Positions 9,049-18,232 of a DNA stretch of 42,411 nt are shown here, piece after piece. Position 1 is the stretch's first letter; each line of letters begins with the position of its first letter. The notes beneath the pieces were generated by a model. It was given only the letters and a program-made list of their open reading frames with translations. It was not told where the DNA came from and ran no database searches. The translations under genes were made by a program, and so were the position numbers. The DNA lies in assembly GCA_964624705.1 (NCBI GenBank), contig CAZUYQ010000003.1, positions 50,163-92,573 on the forward strand. The letters run 5' to 3'. The DNA is from an uncultured Polynucleobacter sp. GTDB taxonomy: Bacteria > Bdellovibrionota_B > Oligoflexia > Oligoflexales > RGVZ01.

Positions 9049-9852
9049 ATGACATCGCAATCCATCATTAGAGTATCTATGCTCTTTGCCACCCTTACTG
9101 CGACGCCGAGCCTAACAAGTTTTGTTTTACTTGGTAGCCACAAATCGAAACTTCCCGCGTCAGAAGAAAATCCAATCATTGAATTCCAGTATCATGCAGG
9201 AAGCGATGTGCCAGCTCTCAGAAAAAAAGAGGAAATCGCAGACGGCATTTACGCCGACAAGACTGATCAAGAGATGATGCAGATATTACTACAGATCGCC
9301 ATGGACCAGTGGAATCAAGTGCGTGGCAGTTATCTGCGCATGACGATTGTTGATAGTGCAGTGGCACTTGAACGCAACCACGAAGATCGCCTTAATGTGA
9401 TCGTGGTCGAGAAAAACACGAATGCGTCAACCGCAGCATTTGCAACACCAACTACAAATCCTGATGATGCATTAGAACTCTACGATTGCGATATCTCAGT
9501 TTCCACGACACCCGTATCCGCCTTATCGATGCTCAAAACTTTAACTCACGAACTCGGCCACTGCGTAGGCCTTGGTCACCCACATAATAACTATGGCGCT
9601 ATCATGAGCTATAGCCGCACCGATCGAAATTTTCATTTAGGACCAGACGACAAAGCGGGAGCTATTTTCCTTTATCCAGACCCGGCCTATGACGCAGATA
9701 AACAAAAAGAACTTATAGGCTGCGGAAATATCGGTATCGCTAGAGCCAGGTCACCACTTAGCGTCCTATTCTTGCTGGGCTTCCCACTTATAAGCCTGGT
9801 GTACCGCAAATACTGCAGAAATACTCGGCGATCATCACGGCAGAATCGGTGA
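9049..9852 (+). CDS. Matrixin-like (M10/metzincin) zinc metalloprotease with a C-terminal membrane/sorting tail
   Basis: HELGHCVGLGH (nt 9547-9579) is followed by the Met-turn AIMSY. An N-terminal signal peptide is present. GGAGG at 9035-9039 lies 9 nt before the ATG at 9049. The track ORF starts at TTG 9043. Confidence 0.8.
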   Translation: MTSQSIIRVSMLFATLTATPSLTSFVLLGSHKSKLPASEENPIIEFQYHAGSDVPALRKKEEIADGIYADKTDQEMMQILLQIAMDQWNQVRGSYLRMTIVDSAVALERNHEDRLNVIVVEKNTNASTAAFATPTTNPDDALELYDCDISVSTTPVSALSMLKTLTHELGHCVGLGHPHNNYGAIMSYSRTDRNFHLGPDDKAGAIFLYPDPAYDADKQKELIGCGNIGIARARSPLSVLFLLGFPLISLVYRKYCRNTRRSSRQNR

Positions 9853-12129
9853 GCCCATTCCTACTGCAATAACCCATAATTGATGAATCGCTCGCGTCGC
9901 CGCAACATGCATAACCCGACGTGATTCTGGGGTATCTGGATAGGAGTTAGGGTTCGCATCGGCGATAATGACATAATCAAACTCGAGGCCTTTGACTTGG
10001 CCCACGTCAACAACATCCACACCCGGCCTAAAATCAAACTCGCCGTCACGGACGAGTCTTGCACGCGGCACATCCTTCATCATTTTGAAGACGCGCTCGG
10101 CGTTCTCGGGAGTACGCGTAATCACCGCAACACTGGCTTCAGGTTCTCTGGCCATAAGTTCACTAAGGCCATCAGCCATTGTAACCATCATGTGACCTTC
10201 GTTTGGATAGATGGATATGGTTACGGATGCTCCATCTTTAACAGAGGCCGGCATTTCACGAGGCGCAAATTGCCCAAGGATCTTGTGAGCAAATTCCGCA
10301 ACCGGCTTCGGTGACCTATAGGTAGTCGTGAGATGCTGTGCTGCCACTCGTGGCACGCCCAAATGCTCTAATACAGCTTCCCACGATTCAAAACTCGTCG
10401 ACGGATCGATCTGCTGTGCGCTATCGCCAGCAATCGTCACACTGCCATTCTTCGTAAGCGAGGCTCCAAGAGCCGCGAGTTCAATCGGAGCAAGATCTTG
10501 TGCCTCATCGATCACTAAATGGGTGAACTGGTGAAGCCCCTCATCATCGCCACGTCTTAAACCAAATTTAAGGCGGCGAAGTTCGTAGAGGATCGCAAAA
10601 TCTTCCGCATCAATAGTTTGCGCCACATCGTCGACAAATTCTTCACTTAAAGAACCACCATCCACTGTTGATAGCGCATCGAGATCAACTCCAGAATAAC
10701 GTTTACTTGCTGCGTCGGCAAATTGATCAAACGAATGTCGATAGACCGCTTCAATACTTGGTTTTCGCAGCTGGCCGTTCGATAACTCGACGACGCGCTC
10801 CAGAAGACTCTTGTTCAAGAATAGATCCATGCGATCTTTGGATAGATCACCAACACGTTTTTCGAGTTCTTGAAACGTGCGCTCTAAACGTTTAGCTCGC
10901 ATATTTTCTGGATCATCGATATGCGTCAGATGTTTCTTCGCCTCACGTATGCGTCTTGCAAGTGGCAACTGCGTTTGAGTTATCAAAAACTCTGCCGCCG
11001 TATCACTCTGAGGAATTTCATCACGCAGTTTGCGTGCGAAGTCCTGAGCCTGTAGTTCAATAAATTCTTTAAGTATAATCCGCACTGCTGGGTGACGTTT
11101 CCACGACGTCACTAAACCTGGAGGGCTATCGCATAGTTTACGCGGTAATTTACGGATAATCTGATAAACTCGGTCAGTGAAGAAGCGGTCAAAAGAAGAG
11201 ACCAAAACTCGCGACAGTCCCAAACTATCGAGTAATTTTTTGCTCAACCGAACTAAGCCTTCATCGGGTACAATAACGGCCATGCGGTGTTGAGCAAAAC
11301 GTTGGCGATCGCGAAAATTCAGCGTTGCAAGTCGATGCAAGGCAACTGTCGTTTTACCGCAGCCTGCTCCACCCAAAACTAAAACCGGATCATCTTCATG
11401 GGTTGATAGGACCCCATATTGATTTGCATCTAATAACGCTGAGACTTCAGGCGCAGGCCTGCCACTTTGGCCAGTGCCGAATGAAAAACCGCGACTGGCC
11501 TGACCACCTCCGCCCGCTAAAGACGGCGAGCGCAAAGCACCCTCCTGCCGCCAAGTTCCACCAATTTCATCGAGCCTGTAAGTCTTATCGGCAGTTCCGA
11601 CATACATCAGATAACCGTCTTTAATCGTCAGTAAATTTCTTTTACGGACAATACCCACGGCAACGCGACCGGGCAGTTCCTGCTCGAATTCTTCGCCCTG
11701 TCGATAGTTAAAAAAGACGGCCGCGATCGGCGCATTCCGCCAGTCATTCACTGGGGCACCGCTAACATCTAAAAAGGTCCGGTAGCCGAGCAAAATATCG
11801 CGGCATTTGCCCTTTTCTTCCAACTGCATATGCGCAAAATAAGGCGAGCGACTATCTGGCAGATCTTCACCAGTCGACTGATCGATCAGGGCCCGCTGAT
11901 TGTTCATCTGATCAAAAAGTGCGGGTAAATCCTCCGCCCGTGCGGCCCGCGCCTCATCGCGTAGCTCTGCTAACCGCACTCCCATGCCATGGAGGTCCAG
12001 TCTAGAACGCTGGCGGGCAGCCCTAATACCTTGCAGCACAAGAGCAAGAAGACGCTCTTCTTCTTCTATGATCTCACGATCAGCCGCTGTAAGGTCTTCA
12101 GCATATTTTGTAGGTTGCTCATTTGACAT
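9835..12129 (-). CDS. UvrD/Rep superfamily-1 helicase, HelD-like
   Basis: SF1 motifs: GGAGCGKTT (I), LVIDEAQDL (II), TIAGDSAQQI (III), TTTYRS (IV), VKGLEFDYVIIAD (V), HVAATRAIHQLWV (VI). A ~230-aa N-terminal extension has a coiled-coil segment and the SPYFAHM...DWRNAPIAAVFFNY region seen in HelD-type proteins. Confidence 0.8.
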   Translation of the reverse strand: MSNEQPTKYAEDLTAADREIIEEEERLLALVLQGIRAARQRSRLDLHGMGVRLAELRDEARAARAEDLPALFDQMNNQRALIDQSTGEDLPDSRSPYFAHMQLEEKGKCRDILLGYRTFLDVSGAPVNDWRNAPIAAVFFNYRQGEEFEQELPGRVAVGIVRKRNLLTIKDGYLMYVGTADKTYRLDEIGGTWRQEGALRSPSLAGGGGQASRGFSFGTGQSGRPAPEVSALLDANQYGVLSTHEDDPVLVLGGAGCGKTTVALHRLATLNFRDRQRFAQHRMAVIVPDEGLVRLSKKLLDSLGLSRVLVSSFDRFFTDRVYQIIRKLPRKLCDSPPGLVTSWKRHPAVRIILKEFIELQAQDFARKLRDEIPQSDTAAEFLITQTQLPLARRIREAKKHLTHIDDPENMRAKRLERTFQELEKRVGDLSKDRMDLFLNKSLLERVVELSNGQLRKPSIEAVYRHSFDQFADAASKRYSGVDLDALSTVDGGSLSEEFVDDVAQTIDAEDFAILYELRRLKFGLRRGDDEGLHQFTHLVIDEAQDLAPIELAALGASLTKNGSVTIAGDSAQQIDPSTSFESWEAVLEHLGVPRVAAQHLTTTYRSPKPVAEFAHKILGQFAPREMPASVKDGASVTISIYPNEGHMMVTMADGLSELMAREPEASVAVITRTPENAERVFKMMKDVPRARLVRDGEFDFRPGVDVVDVGQVKGLEFDYVIIADANPNSYPDTPESRRVMHVAATRAIHQLWVIAVGMGSPILP

Positions 12130-12172
12130 GAAATCATTGTCGCATGGATCTCGGGTCCAACAAAAACAAAAA

Positions 12173-13597
12173 TTAATCGGCGAGTCCGAGAGTCACGGTA
12201 AACGCACTGCCCTTACCTGGCTCACTTTCAACCCCTACGCGGCCATTCATCGCCGAGACCAGGTGTTTCACGATCGATAGACCCAACCCTGTCCCGCCTA
12301 ACTCGCGACTGCGGGCCTTATCGACCCGGTAAAATCGCTCAAAAATACGCGGCAAATGTTCGCGAGGAATGCCAACACCTGTATCACGCACTTCAAATTT
12401 AGCGCCTTCGGTCGTCCGTTGGAGTGTAAGCCGCACTGCACCGCCTACAGGAGTATATTTAATTGCATTAGAAACCAAATTATCGACGACTTGAGTCATA
12501 GCTTCCCGGTCACCAAAAACGTGCAGCGACTGCGATGCGTCCATCACCAAGCTGATGTTTTTACGCTGCACTTCATGCTCGTGGTGAGTCAGCACCTGCT
12601 TCACAAGAGGTTGCCAGTCGATCTTTTCGCTATGAAGCTTACCATCATGCCCTTCGACCGACGCCAAGCTTAAGATGTCCTGGACTAAGGCCACTAGTCG
12701 ACCCACGTTGTTATCAATTTTGGCAAGAAAACGGTCTAAAACGACCGGATCTTCCTTCGCACCAAATTGCAATGTTTCGACATAACCTTTTATACTGGTA
12801 AGCGGTGTTTTTAATTCATGGCTAACGTTGGCGACAAAATCACGGCGCACACGCTCTAGACGCCGAAGATCGGTGACATCGTGCAGGACGATCACAACCC
12901 CGCTTGCTTGTTCGCCCTTAAATCGCGCAGACTTTGTTTCGAGAATACGCATCGCATCCAAATCACCTAAATTAAGCTCCTTTTTAACGCGCTCTGTAGA
13001 GCGTCTTGCTTCAATAATTACAGGCAATAGAATACCAAGACCATGCACCTCATGAATTTGCTTATTTCTTGCTCCGGACACCGCAACTTTAAGTAGTTTA
13101 TCAGCGGCCCGATTACTGAAAAGGATCCGGTCATCGTCACCAATCGCAACAATCCCTTCAACCATACCTGCAAGCATCGCCTGAAGCTGTGCCCGCTCTT
13201 GGCTGAGAGCCGCCATACGGTCGGTTAACTCTTCACCCAGTAAATTCAGAGTTAAGCCCAATAGGCCAAATTCATCATCGCGCAGTTGTCTAACACGAGC
13301 ATTAAAATCGCCGCAGGTCAGAGCCTGTGCAACATTGGTAATTTCTTCGAGCGAGTGCTTCACACTGCGAGCAAACCACAGGCCAATCATCATCGCTACG
13401 GCAACACCAATACCATTTGCGATCAACAAGGCTTCCACGACTTCGTAAATTTGGATGACGTTATTATGACGCAATTTAAAAATAAAAACGCCTGAAACGG
13501 TAATCGTCGCTAAGACAATTAAGCCTGCGATAGAGGCATAAAGACGCCACAAAAATCGACTACGAAAAACCGTTCTTACTTTTACAACTCGCGACAC
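12173..13597 (-). CDS. phoR: Phosphate-regulon sensor histidine kinase PhoR
   Basis: Domain order: two N-terminal TM segments, HAMP, PAS-like region, H-box SHELKTPLTSI, N-box SNAIKYT, and G-boxes DTGVGI and GGTGLGLSIV. It overlaps phoB by 16 nt and lies next to pstSCAB. Confidence 0.85.
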   Translation of the reverse strand: MSRVVKVRTVFRSRFLWRLYASIAGLIVLATITVSGVFIFKLRHNNVIQIYEVVEALLIANGIGVAVAMMIGLWFARSVKHSLEEITNVAQALTCGDFNARVRQLRDDEFGLLGLTLNLLGEELTDRMAALSQERAQLQAMLAGMVEGIVAIGDDDRILFSNRAADKLLKVAVSGARNKQIHEVHGLGILLPVIIEARRSTERVKKELNLGDLDAMRILETKSARFKGEQASGVVIVLHDVTDLRRLERVRRDFVANVSHELKTPLTSIKGYVETLQFGAKEDPVVLDRFLAKIDNNVGRLVALVQDILSLASVEGHDGKLHSEKIDWQPLVKQVLTHHEHEVQRKNISLVMDASQSLHVFGDREAMTQVVDNLVSNAIKYTPVGGAVRLTLQRTTEGAKFEVRDTGVGIPREHLPRIFERFYRVDKARSRELGGTGLGLSIVKHLVSAMNGRVGVESEPGKGSAFTVTLGLAD

Positions 13598-14286
13598 TTG
13601 TACCCCACCCCTCGCACTGTTTGAATAAATTCAGCATCAACATCTAATTTTTTGCGAATAGCTCGGACATGAACATCGACGTTGCGATCGATGACATAAG
13701 TTTCGCCACCAGTTATTTTTTCTAAGAGTTGATCCCGCGTAAAAACACGCCCGGGCCGCGAAATCAACGTACGGAGTAAATTAAACTCCGCCAATGTAAA
13801 CGCCACCGATTTACCGTGAATCCAAGCTTCGTGTCGTTCGCCGTCTATCGAAATTGGGCCGACCGTCTGACGCTGATCTGTTGAGTTAGCACCTGGACGG
13901 AATGCATCTTCGGATCGTCGTAACATCGCTTTTACGCGTGCCACTAATTCTCTAGGACTGAAAGGCTTTGTCATATAGTCATCAGCACCCAGCTCAAGGC
14001 CAACAACGATATCACTTTCTTCGCCTTTTGCAGTTAGCATCATGACTAGCACACTCTTTGTGGCCTCTGCCTCGCGGATCCGGCGTAGAACCGTCAACCC
14101 ATCACAACCGGGCATCATAATATCAAGCAACATCAGTTTAGGGGTTTGCTCTGCCGCAAGTTTCAGGCCTTCCTCGCCATTTGCCGCCGTCCGGACTTTA
14201 AAGCCATGCCGCTCGAGATTGAATTGAATAAGTTCCGAAATATCGGCCTCATCTTCCACTAACAGAATATCTACTGGTGCAGTCAT
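13582..14286 (-). CDS. phoB: Phosphate-regulon response regulator PhoB (OmpR family)
   Basis: Receiver motifs ILLVEDE, LLDIMMPG and TKPF, plus a winged-helix C-terminus (RTLISRPGRVFTRDQLL...VDVHVRAIRKKL...TVRGVGY). I chose the ATG at 14286, with GGAGG (complement of 14291-14295) upstream. The track ORF extends to 14328. Confidence 0.9.
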   Translation of the reverse strand: MTAPVDILLVEDEADISELIQFNLERHGFKVRTAANGEEGLKLAAEQTPKLMLLDIMMPGCDGLTVLRRIREAEATKSVLVMMLTAKGEESDIVVGLELGADDYMTKPFSPRELVARVKAMLRRSEDAFRPGANSTDQRQTVGPISIDGERHEAWIHGKSVAFTLAEFNLLRTLISRPGRVFTRDQLLEKITGGETYVIDRNVDVHVRAIRKKLDVDAEFIQTVRGVGYKCREL

Positions 14287-14329
14287 GTTCCCTCCAGGCA
14301 AATAGTTTGAAAAGCTTGCACGGACCATA

Positions 14330-14524
14330 AATGAAAATTGTTAATATTGTATAAATAATGGCTACTTATTCTGTAAAATTAGCTAGTTTGTCAATAAATA
14401 ATTAAAATTAACCTGTTCTTAACACAATGAACCTAGTCCCCCACACAATCCATGATGTATAACCATTACATCGTATCGCTTATGACTTAAGAGCCCGGAA
14501 ATCGGGTCAGGCAGAGGATGGTCA
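14330..14524. promoter_or_regulatory. Divergent phoB / pstS control region, AT-rich with several TGT-containing heptamers (candidate Pho boxes)
   Basis: Heptamers seen: CTGTAAA (14371), TTGTCAA (14388), CTGTTCT (14413), and TTGTTAA/TTGTATA near 14340. They resemble the CTGTCAT half-site, but I could not find clean 11-bp phasing. Confidence 0.3.
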
Positions 14525-15472
14525 ATGATTAACAAGTTGTTTTTATTTGGTTTTCTTGCAACATCAACAACCCTAGTCGCCCCGTCATTTGGACTTGCCG
14601 GTGATGGTCAAATCCGTATCGACGGCTCAAGCACCGTTTTCCCCATCAGTGAAGCAGTTGCCGAGGAATTTGCTCAAAAAAGCCCCAAAGTCCGCGTGAC
14701 AGTGGGTACATCAGGGACTGGCGGCGGATTCAAAAAATTTGTCGCTGGTGAAATCGACATCGCCGATGCCTCAAGACCAATAAAGCCATCTGAGGCCGAC
14801 GACGCCAAAAAGAAGAAAATTGATTTTATCGAACTTCCGGTCGGCATCGATGGTTTAGCGATTGTTGTTCACCCATCCAATACATTCCTAAAGTCAATCA
14901 GCAAAGATCAGCTGAAAAAAATCTGGGAACCTGGCAGCAAGGTTCAAAAATGGAGCGACCTCGACGCCAGTTTTCCTAAAGAAAAAATCGCCTTATTTGG
15001 CCCTGGCCCTGATAGCGGAACCTTCGATTATTTTACTGAAGAAGTCGTTGGCAAGGCTCGCGCATCGCGAACCGATTACACTGCCTCCGAAGATGATAAT
15101 GTTCTGATCAAGGGTGTTTCTTCATCTAAGTTTGGCCTTGCCTACTTCGGACACGGCTACTACATGGCAAATAAATCGCGCGTAAAAGCATTGGCCGTAG
15201 ATGCAGGAAAGGGCGCTATTGAAGCCACGGATGCGAATGTCGCCTCGGGCACCTATCCGCTCTCGCGAAATCTTTATATTTATGTGAACGCAGCTAGTAT
15301 TAGCCGTCCGGAAGTTGACGCCTTTATTAAGTTCTACTTAGATTCGGCTAAAGATCTTGTTCATCAAACCGGCTATCTCCCCCTGACTGCGCCTCAAACT
15401 GCAGCGGCGAAAGAACGCTACACCAAGAAAGTACTCGGCTCGGCGACTCCCACTTCGGCGCATAAACCATAA
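14525..15472 (+). CDS. pstS: Phosphate ABC transporter substrate-binding protein PstS
   Basis: Signal peptide present, plus GSSTVFP, GTSGTGGGF and ADASRP motifs of the PstS family. It is the first gene of pstSCAB. Confidence 0.9.
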   Translation: MINKLFLFGFLATSTTLVAPSFGLAGDGQIRIDGSSTVFPISEAVAEEFAQKSPKVRVTVGTSGTGGGFKKFVAGEIDIADASRPIKPSEADDAKKKKIDFIELPVGIDGLAIVVHPSNTFLKSISKDQLKKIWEPGSKVQKWSDLDASFPKEKIALFGPGPDSGTFDYFTEEVVGKARASRTDYTASEDDNVLIKGVSSSKFGLAYFGHGYYMANKSRVKALAVDAGKGAIEATDANVASGTYPLSRNLYIYVNAASISRPEVDAFIKFYLDSAKDLVHQTGYLPLTAPQTAAAKERYTKKVLGSATPTSAHKP

Positions 15473-15492
15473 GCTAAGAGTTTTCTTACTCC

Positions 15493-16443
15493 ATGACTCC
15501 TTACGATTCTTCTTCTTCAGCCATACCACTCGCTCTTGCTCACCCTGACGGGGTGGCAAAAGTGCGAGTCCGTTGGCGTGAATGGGCCATCGTAAAGATA
15601 CTTTTTATTTGTGCATTCATCTCCGTCATAACCACCATCGCAATCGTTGGCATCCTTGCGATGGAATCCTCGACTTTTTTTCAGGAAGTTTCACTTAAAG
15701 AATACCTGTTTAGTAGCGAGTGGAGCCCTCTTGTTGAACCCCGTCATTTCGGAATTCTGCCTCTATTCTGCGGTACGCTCGTCGTATCAGTGGGTGCCTG
15801 TCTAATTGCGGTACCTTTGGGACTTGGCTCTGCTATTTATCTCGCCGAGTACGCCAAACCGCAGGTGCGCAGGATTCTCAAACCCGTCATTGAACTTCTG
15901 GCCGGCATTCCGTCAGTAGTGTTCGGTTACTTTGCGGTTACCTCGGTGACTCCCGTCTTACAAACGTGGTTTCCTGAAACAGAAGTCTTTAACGGTGCAA
16001 GTGCGGCCATTGTCCTGGCATTTATGGTCTTGCCAACGATCACATCCCTCTGCGATGACGCAATTCGAGCTGTACCAAGATCTTTGCGGGAGGGTGGATT
16101 TGCCTTAGCAGCGACCAAGTACGAAGTTTCCACGAAAATTTTAGTGCCTGCGGCATTATCGGGGATTATGGCTGCCTGCATTCTTGGATTTTCGCGAGCC
16201 ATTGGCGAAACAATGGCAGTTGCGCTCGCCGCCGGTTCAACCCCTAATTTAACGATAAATCCTCTCGTTAGCGTCCAGACGATGACAGGATATATTGTGC
16301 AAGTATCGATGGGCGATACGCCGCATGGTACGGTGGAATATCAATCTATTTTTGCGGTAGCAGCGACATTATTTTTGATCACACTCTTACTTAATATTGT
16401 AAGTCAGGTAATTTTATCTCGACTTCATCGCCAGTACGATTAA
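15493..16443 (+). CDS. pstC: Phosphate ABC transporter permease PstC
   Basis: Polytopic membrane protein with an EAA-like loop (ALAATKYEV...PAALSGI). Position is between pstS and pstA. Confidence 0.9.
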   Translation: MTPYDSSSSAIPLALAHPDGVAKVRVRWREWAIVKILFICAFISVITTIAIVGILAMESSTFFQEVSLKEYLFSSEWSPLVEPRHFGILPLFCGTLVVSVGACLIAVPLGLGSAIYLAEYAKPQVRRILKPVIELLAGIPSVVFGYFAVTSVTPVLQTWFPETEVFNGASAAIVLAFMVLPTITSLCDDAIRAVPRSLREGGFALAATKYEVSTKILVPAALSGIMAACILGFSRAIGETMAVALAAGSTPNLTINPLVSVQTMTGYIVQVSMGDTPHGTVEYQSIFAVAATLFLITLLLNIVSQVILSRLHRQYD

Positions 16444-16464
16444 CAAAAGGTCTGGATTGAATCG

Positions 16465-17403
16465 ATGAACGATAAAGACAAAGATACCAGCAAAAAAAAC
16501 AGTGAAACGCTTTCGTTTAAAGAAGCGATTATGGATGATGTTTTCACGGATAATATTAGCCGCCGGCACATCAAAGCCAAACTATTCAAGATTGTCATCA
16601 TTTCGACGATTCTTATCGCGATTGCACTACTTGGGGTTCTACTCTGGCGTATTGGTGTTCAGGGTTTACCATGGCTCAATGTCGATTTTCTCACGAGCTT
16701 TCCATCTCGCATGGCAAGTCGGGCTGGAATAAAAAGTGCTCTTATTGGATCAGCAGCGATTATTTTTCTAACGGCTATTTTCAGCGTTATTTTAGGTCTT
16801 GGGGCAGCCGTCTATTTGGAGGAGTTAGCTTCTCGAGGAAAAATAAACCGCTTGATTGAACTTAATATCGCCAACCTTGCTGGCGTCCCTTCACTTGTTT
16901 ATGGGATTCTCGGCTTGGCTGTTTTCGTAAGATTTCTGCATTTTGAACGCAGTATCCTCGCTGCTGCTGCAACTCTTTCGATTATGATTTTGCCCGTAAT
17001 CGTGATCTCCGCCCGTGAAGCGCTGCGCACCGTGCCGATGAATATCCGTTTGGCGGCACTTGCCCTAGGTGCGACCCCTTGGCAGGCGGTGTGGTCGCAT
17101 GTTCTACCGGCTGCAATCCCTAATATTTTAACTGGTTTGATTCTCGCTCTTTCGCGTGCACTAGGTGAAGCAGCGCCCCTGATTATCGTCGGCGGCGTGA
17201 CTTATATTGCATTTCTTCCAAATTCTATATTTGATTCTTTTACCACGTTGCCGATTCAAATTTTCAACTGGGCAGGTCGTCCCCAGGAAGAGTTTCAAGG
17301 AATTGCTGCAGCCGGAATCATCGTGCTGCTTATTGTTGTTCTTGCGACCAATTCCATCGCGATTATCTTAAGAAACCGTCTGGAAAAGAATAAAAAGTGG
17401 TAA
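16465..17403 (+). CDS. pstA: Phosphate ABC transporter permease PstA
   Basis: Polytopic membrane protein with REAL..VP...R.AALALGATPWQ motifs typical of PstA. Position is before pstB. Confidence 0.9.
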   Translation: MNDKDKDTSKKNSETLSFKEAIMDDVFTDNISRRHIKAKLFKIVIISTILIAIALLGVLLWRIGVQGLPWLNVDFLTSFPSRMASRAGIKSALIGSAAIIFLTAIFSVILGLGAAVYLEELASRGKINRLIELNIANLAGVPSLVYGILGLAVFVRFLHFERSILAAAATLSIMILPVIVISAREALRTVPMNIRLAALALGATPWQAVWSHVLPAAIPNILTGLILALSRALGEAAPLIIVGGVTYIAFLPNSIFDSFTTLPIQIFNWAGRPQEEFQGIAAAGIIVLLIVVLATNSIAIILRNRLEKNKKW

Positions 17404-17436
17404 CCATAAAAATCAATTTAACATCAGGAGTTGTTT

Positions 17437-18231
17437 GTGACTGTGACAACTAAAGACCATAGCAAAGACTCTGCAAATTCTGAATGCGTTCTCCGAGCTA
17501 AGGAGCTAACGCTGGCCTACGATCAAAAGAATATTGTAAAGAATGTCTCATTAAGCTTAGGCGCAAGAACCATTACTGCTTTGATTGGCCCGTCTGGCTG
17601 CGGGAAAAGCACACTTTTGCGGACATTTAATCGCATGAATGATTTTATTCCTGCCTTTAGAAAAGTAAGTGGTTCGATCTCATATCGCGACCTTGATATT
17701 TACCATCCGCAGGTCGACCCAGTATTTATTCGTCGACGCGTTGGTATGGTGTTTCAAAAGCCAAATCCGTTTCCATCATCCATCCAGAGGAACATTACCT
17801 GGGGTCCCGCCATCAACGGCTTTAAAGGCGACTATGATGAACTCGTCGAGACATCGCTGAAACGAGCTGCCCTCTGGGATGAAGTAAAAGACAAATTGAA
17901 CGCCTCTGGTCTGGCACTCTCTGGTGGGCAGCAGCAGCGACTTTGCATTGCCCGGGCCATTGCAATGGATCCCGATGTTATTTTGATGGATGAACCTTGT
18001 TCGGCACTTGATCCAGCTTCCACCTCAAAAATTGAGGATCTTATGGCTGACCTTAAACAACGGTATAGTATTTTAATCGTCACTCATAATATGCAGCAGG
18101 CGGCGCGTGTATCCGATCACACAGCCCTGATGTACCAAGGCGAATTAATTGAACACGGAGTTACCAAACAAATTTTTAACTCACCCAAGCAGAAAATTAC
18201 CGAAGATTATATTATGGGTCGCTTTGGATAA
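17437..18231 (+). CDS. pstB: Phosphate ABC transporter ATP-binding protein PstB
   Basis: Walker [10 protein letters not shown], signature [14 protein letters not shown], Walker [12 protein letters not shown], and H-loop VTHNMQQA. I chose the GTG at 17437, 6 nt after AGGAG (17426-17430). The track ORF starts at TTG 17431. Confidence 0.95.
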   Translation: MTVTTKDHSKDSANSECVLRAKELTLAYDQKNIVKNVSLSLGARTITALIGPSGCGKSTLLRTFNRMNDFIPAFRKVSGSISYRDLDIYHPQVDPVFIRRRVGMVFQKPNPFPSSIQRNITWGPAINGFKGDYDELVETSLKRAALWDEVKDKLNASGLALSGGQQQRLCIARAIAMDPDVILMDEPCSALDPASTSKIEDLMADLKQRYSILIVTHNMQQAARVSDHTALMYQGELIEHGVTKQIFNSPKQKITEDYIMGRFG

Positions 18232-18232
18232 T

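Noticed and set aside
14330-14524. Canonical phased Pho boxes (two 11-bp repeats, CTGTCAT-A/T4) in the phoB/pstS spacer.
   Set aside because: Only loosely similar heptamers with irregular spacing (17, 25 nt) were found. The region is reported as a low-confidence regulatory region, and no specific box is claimed.
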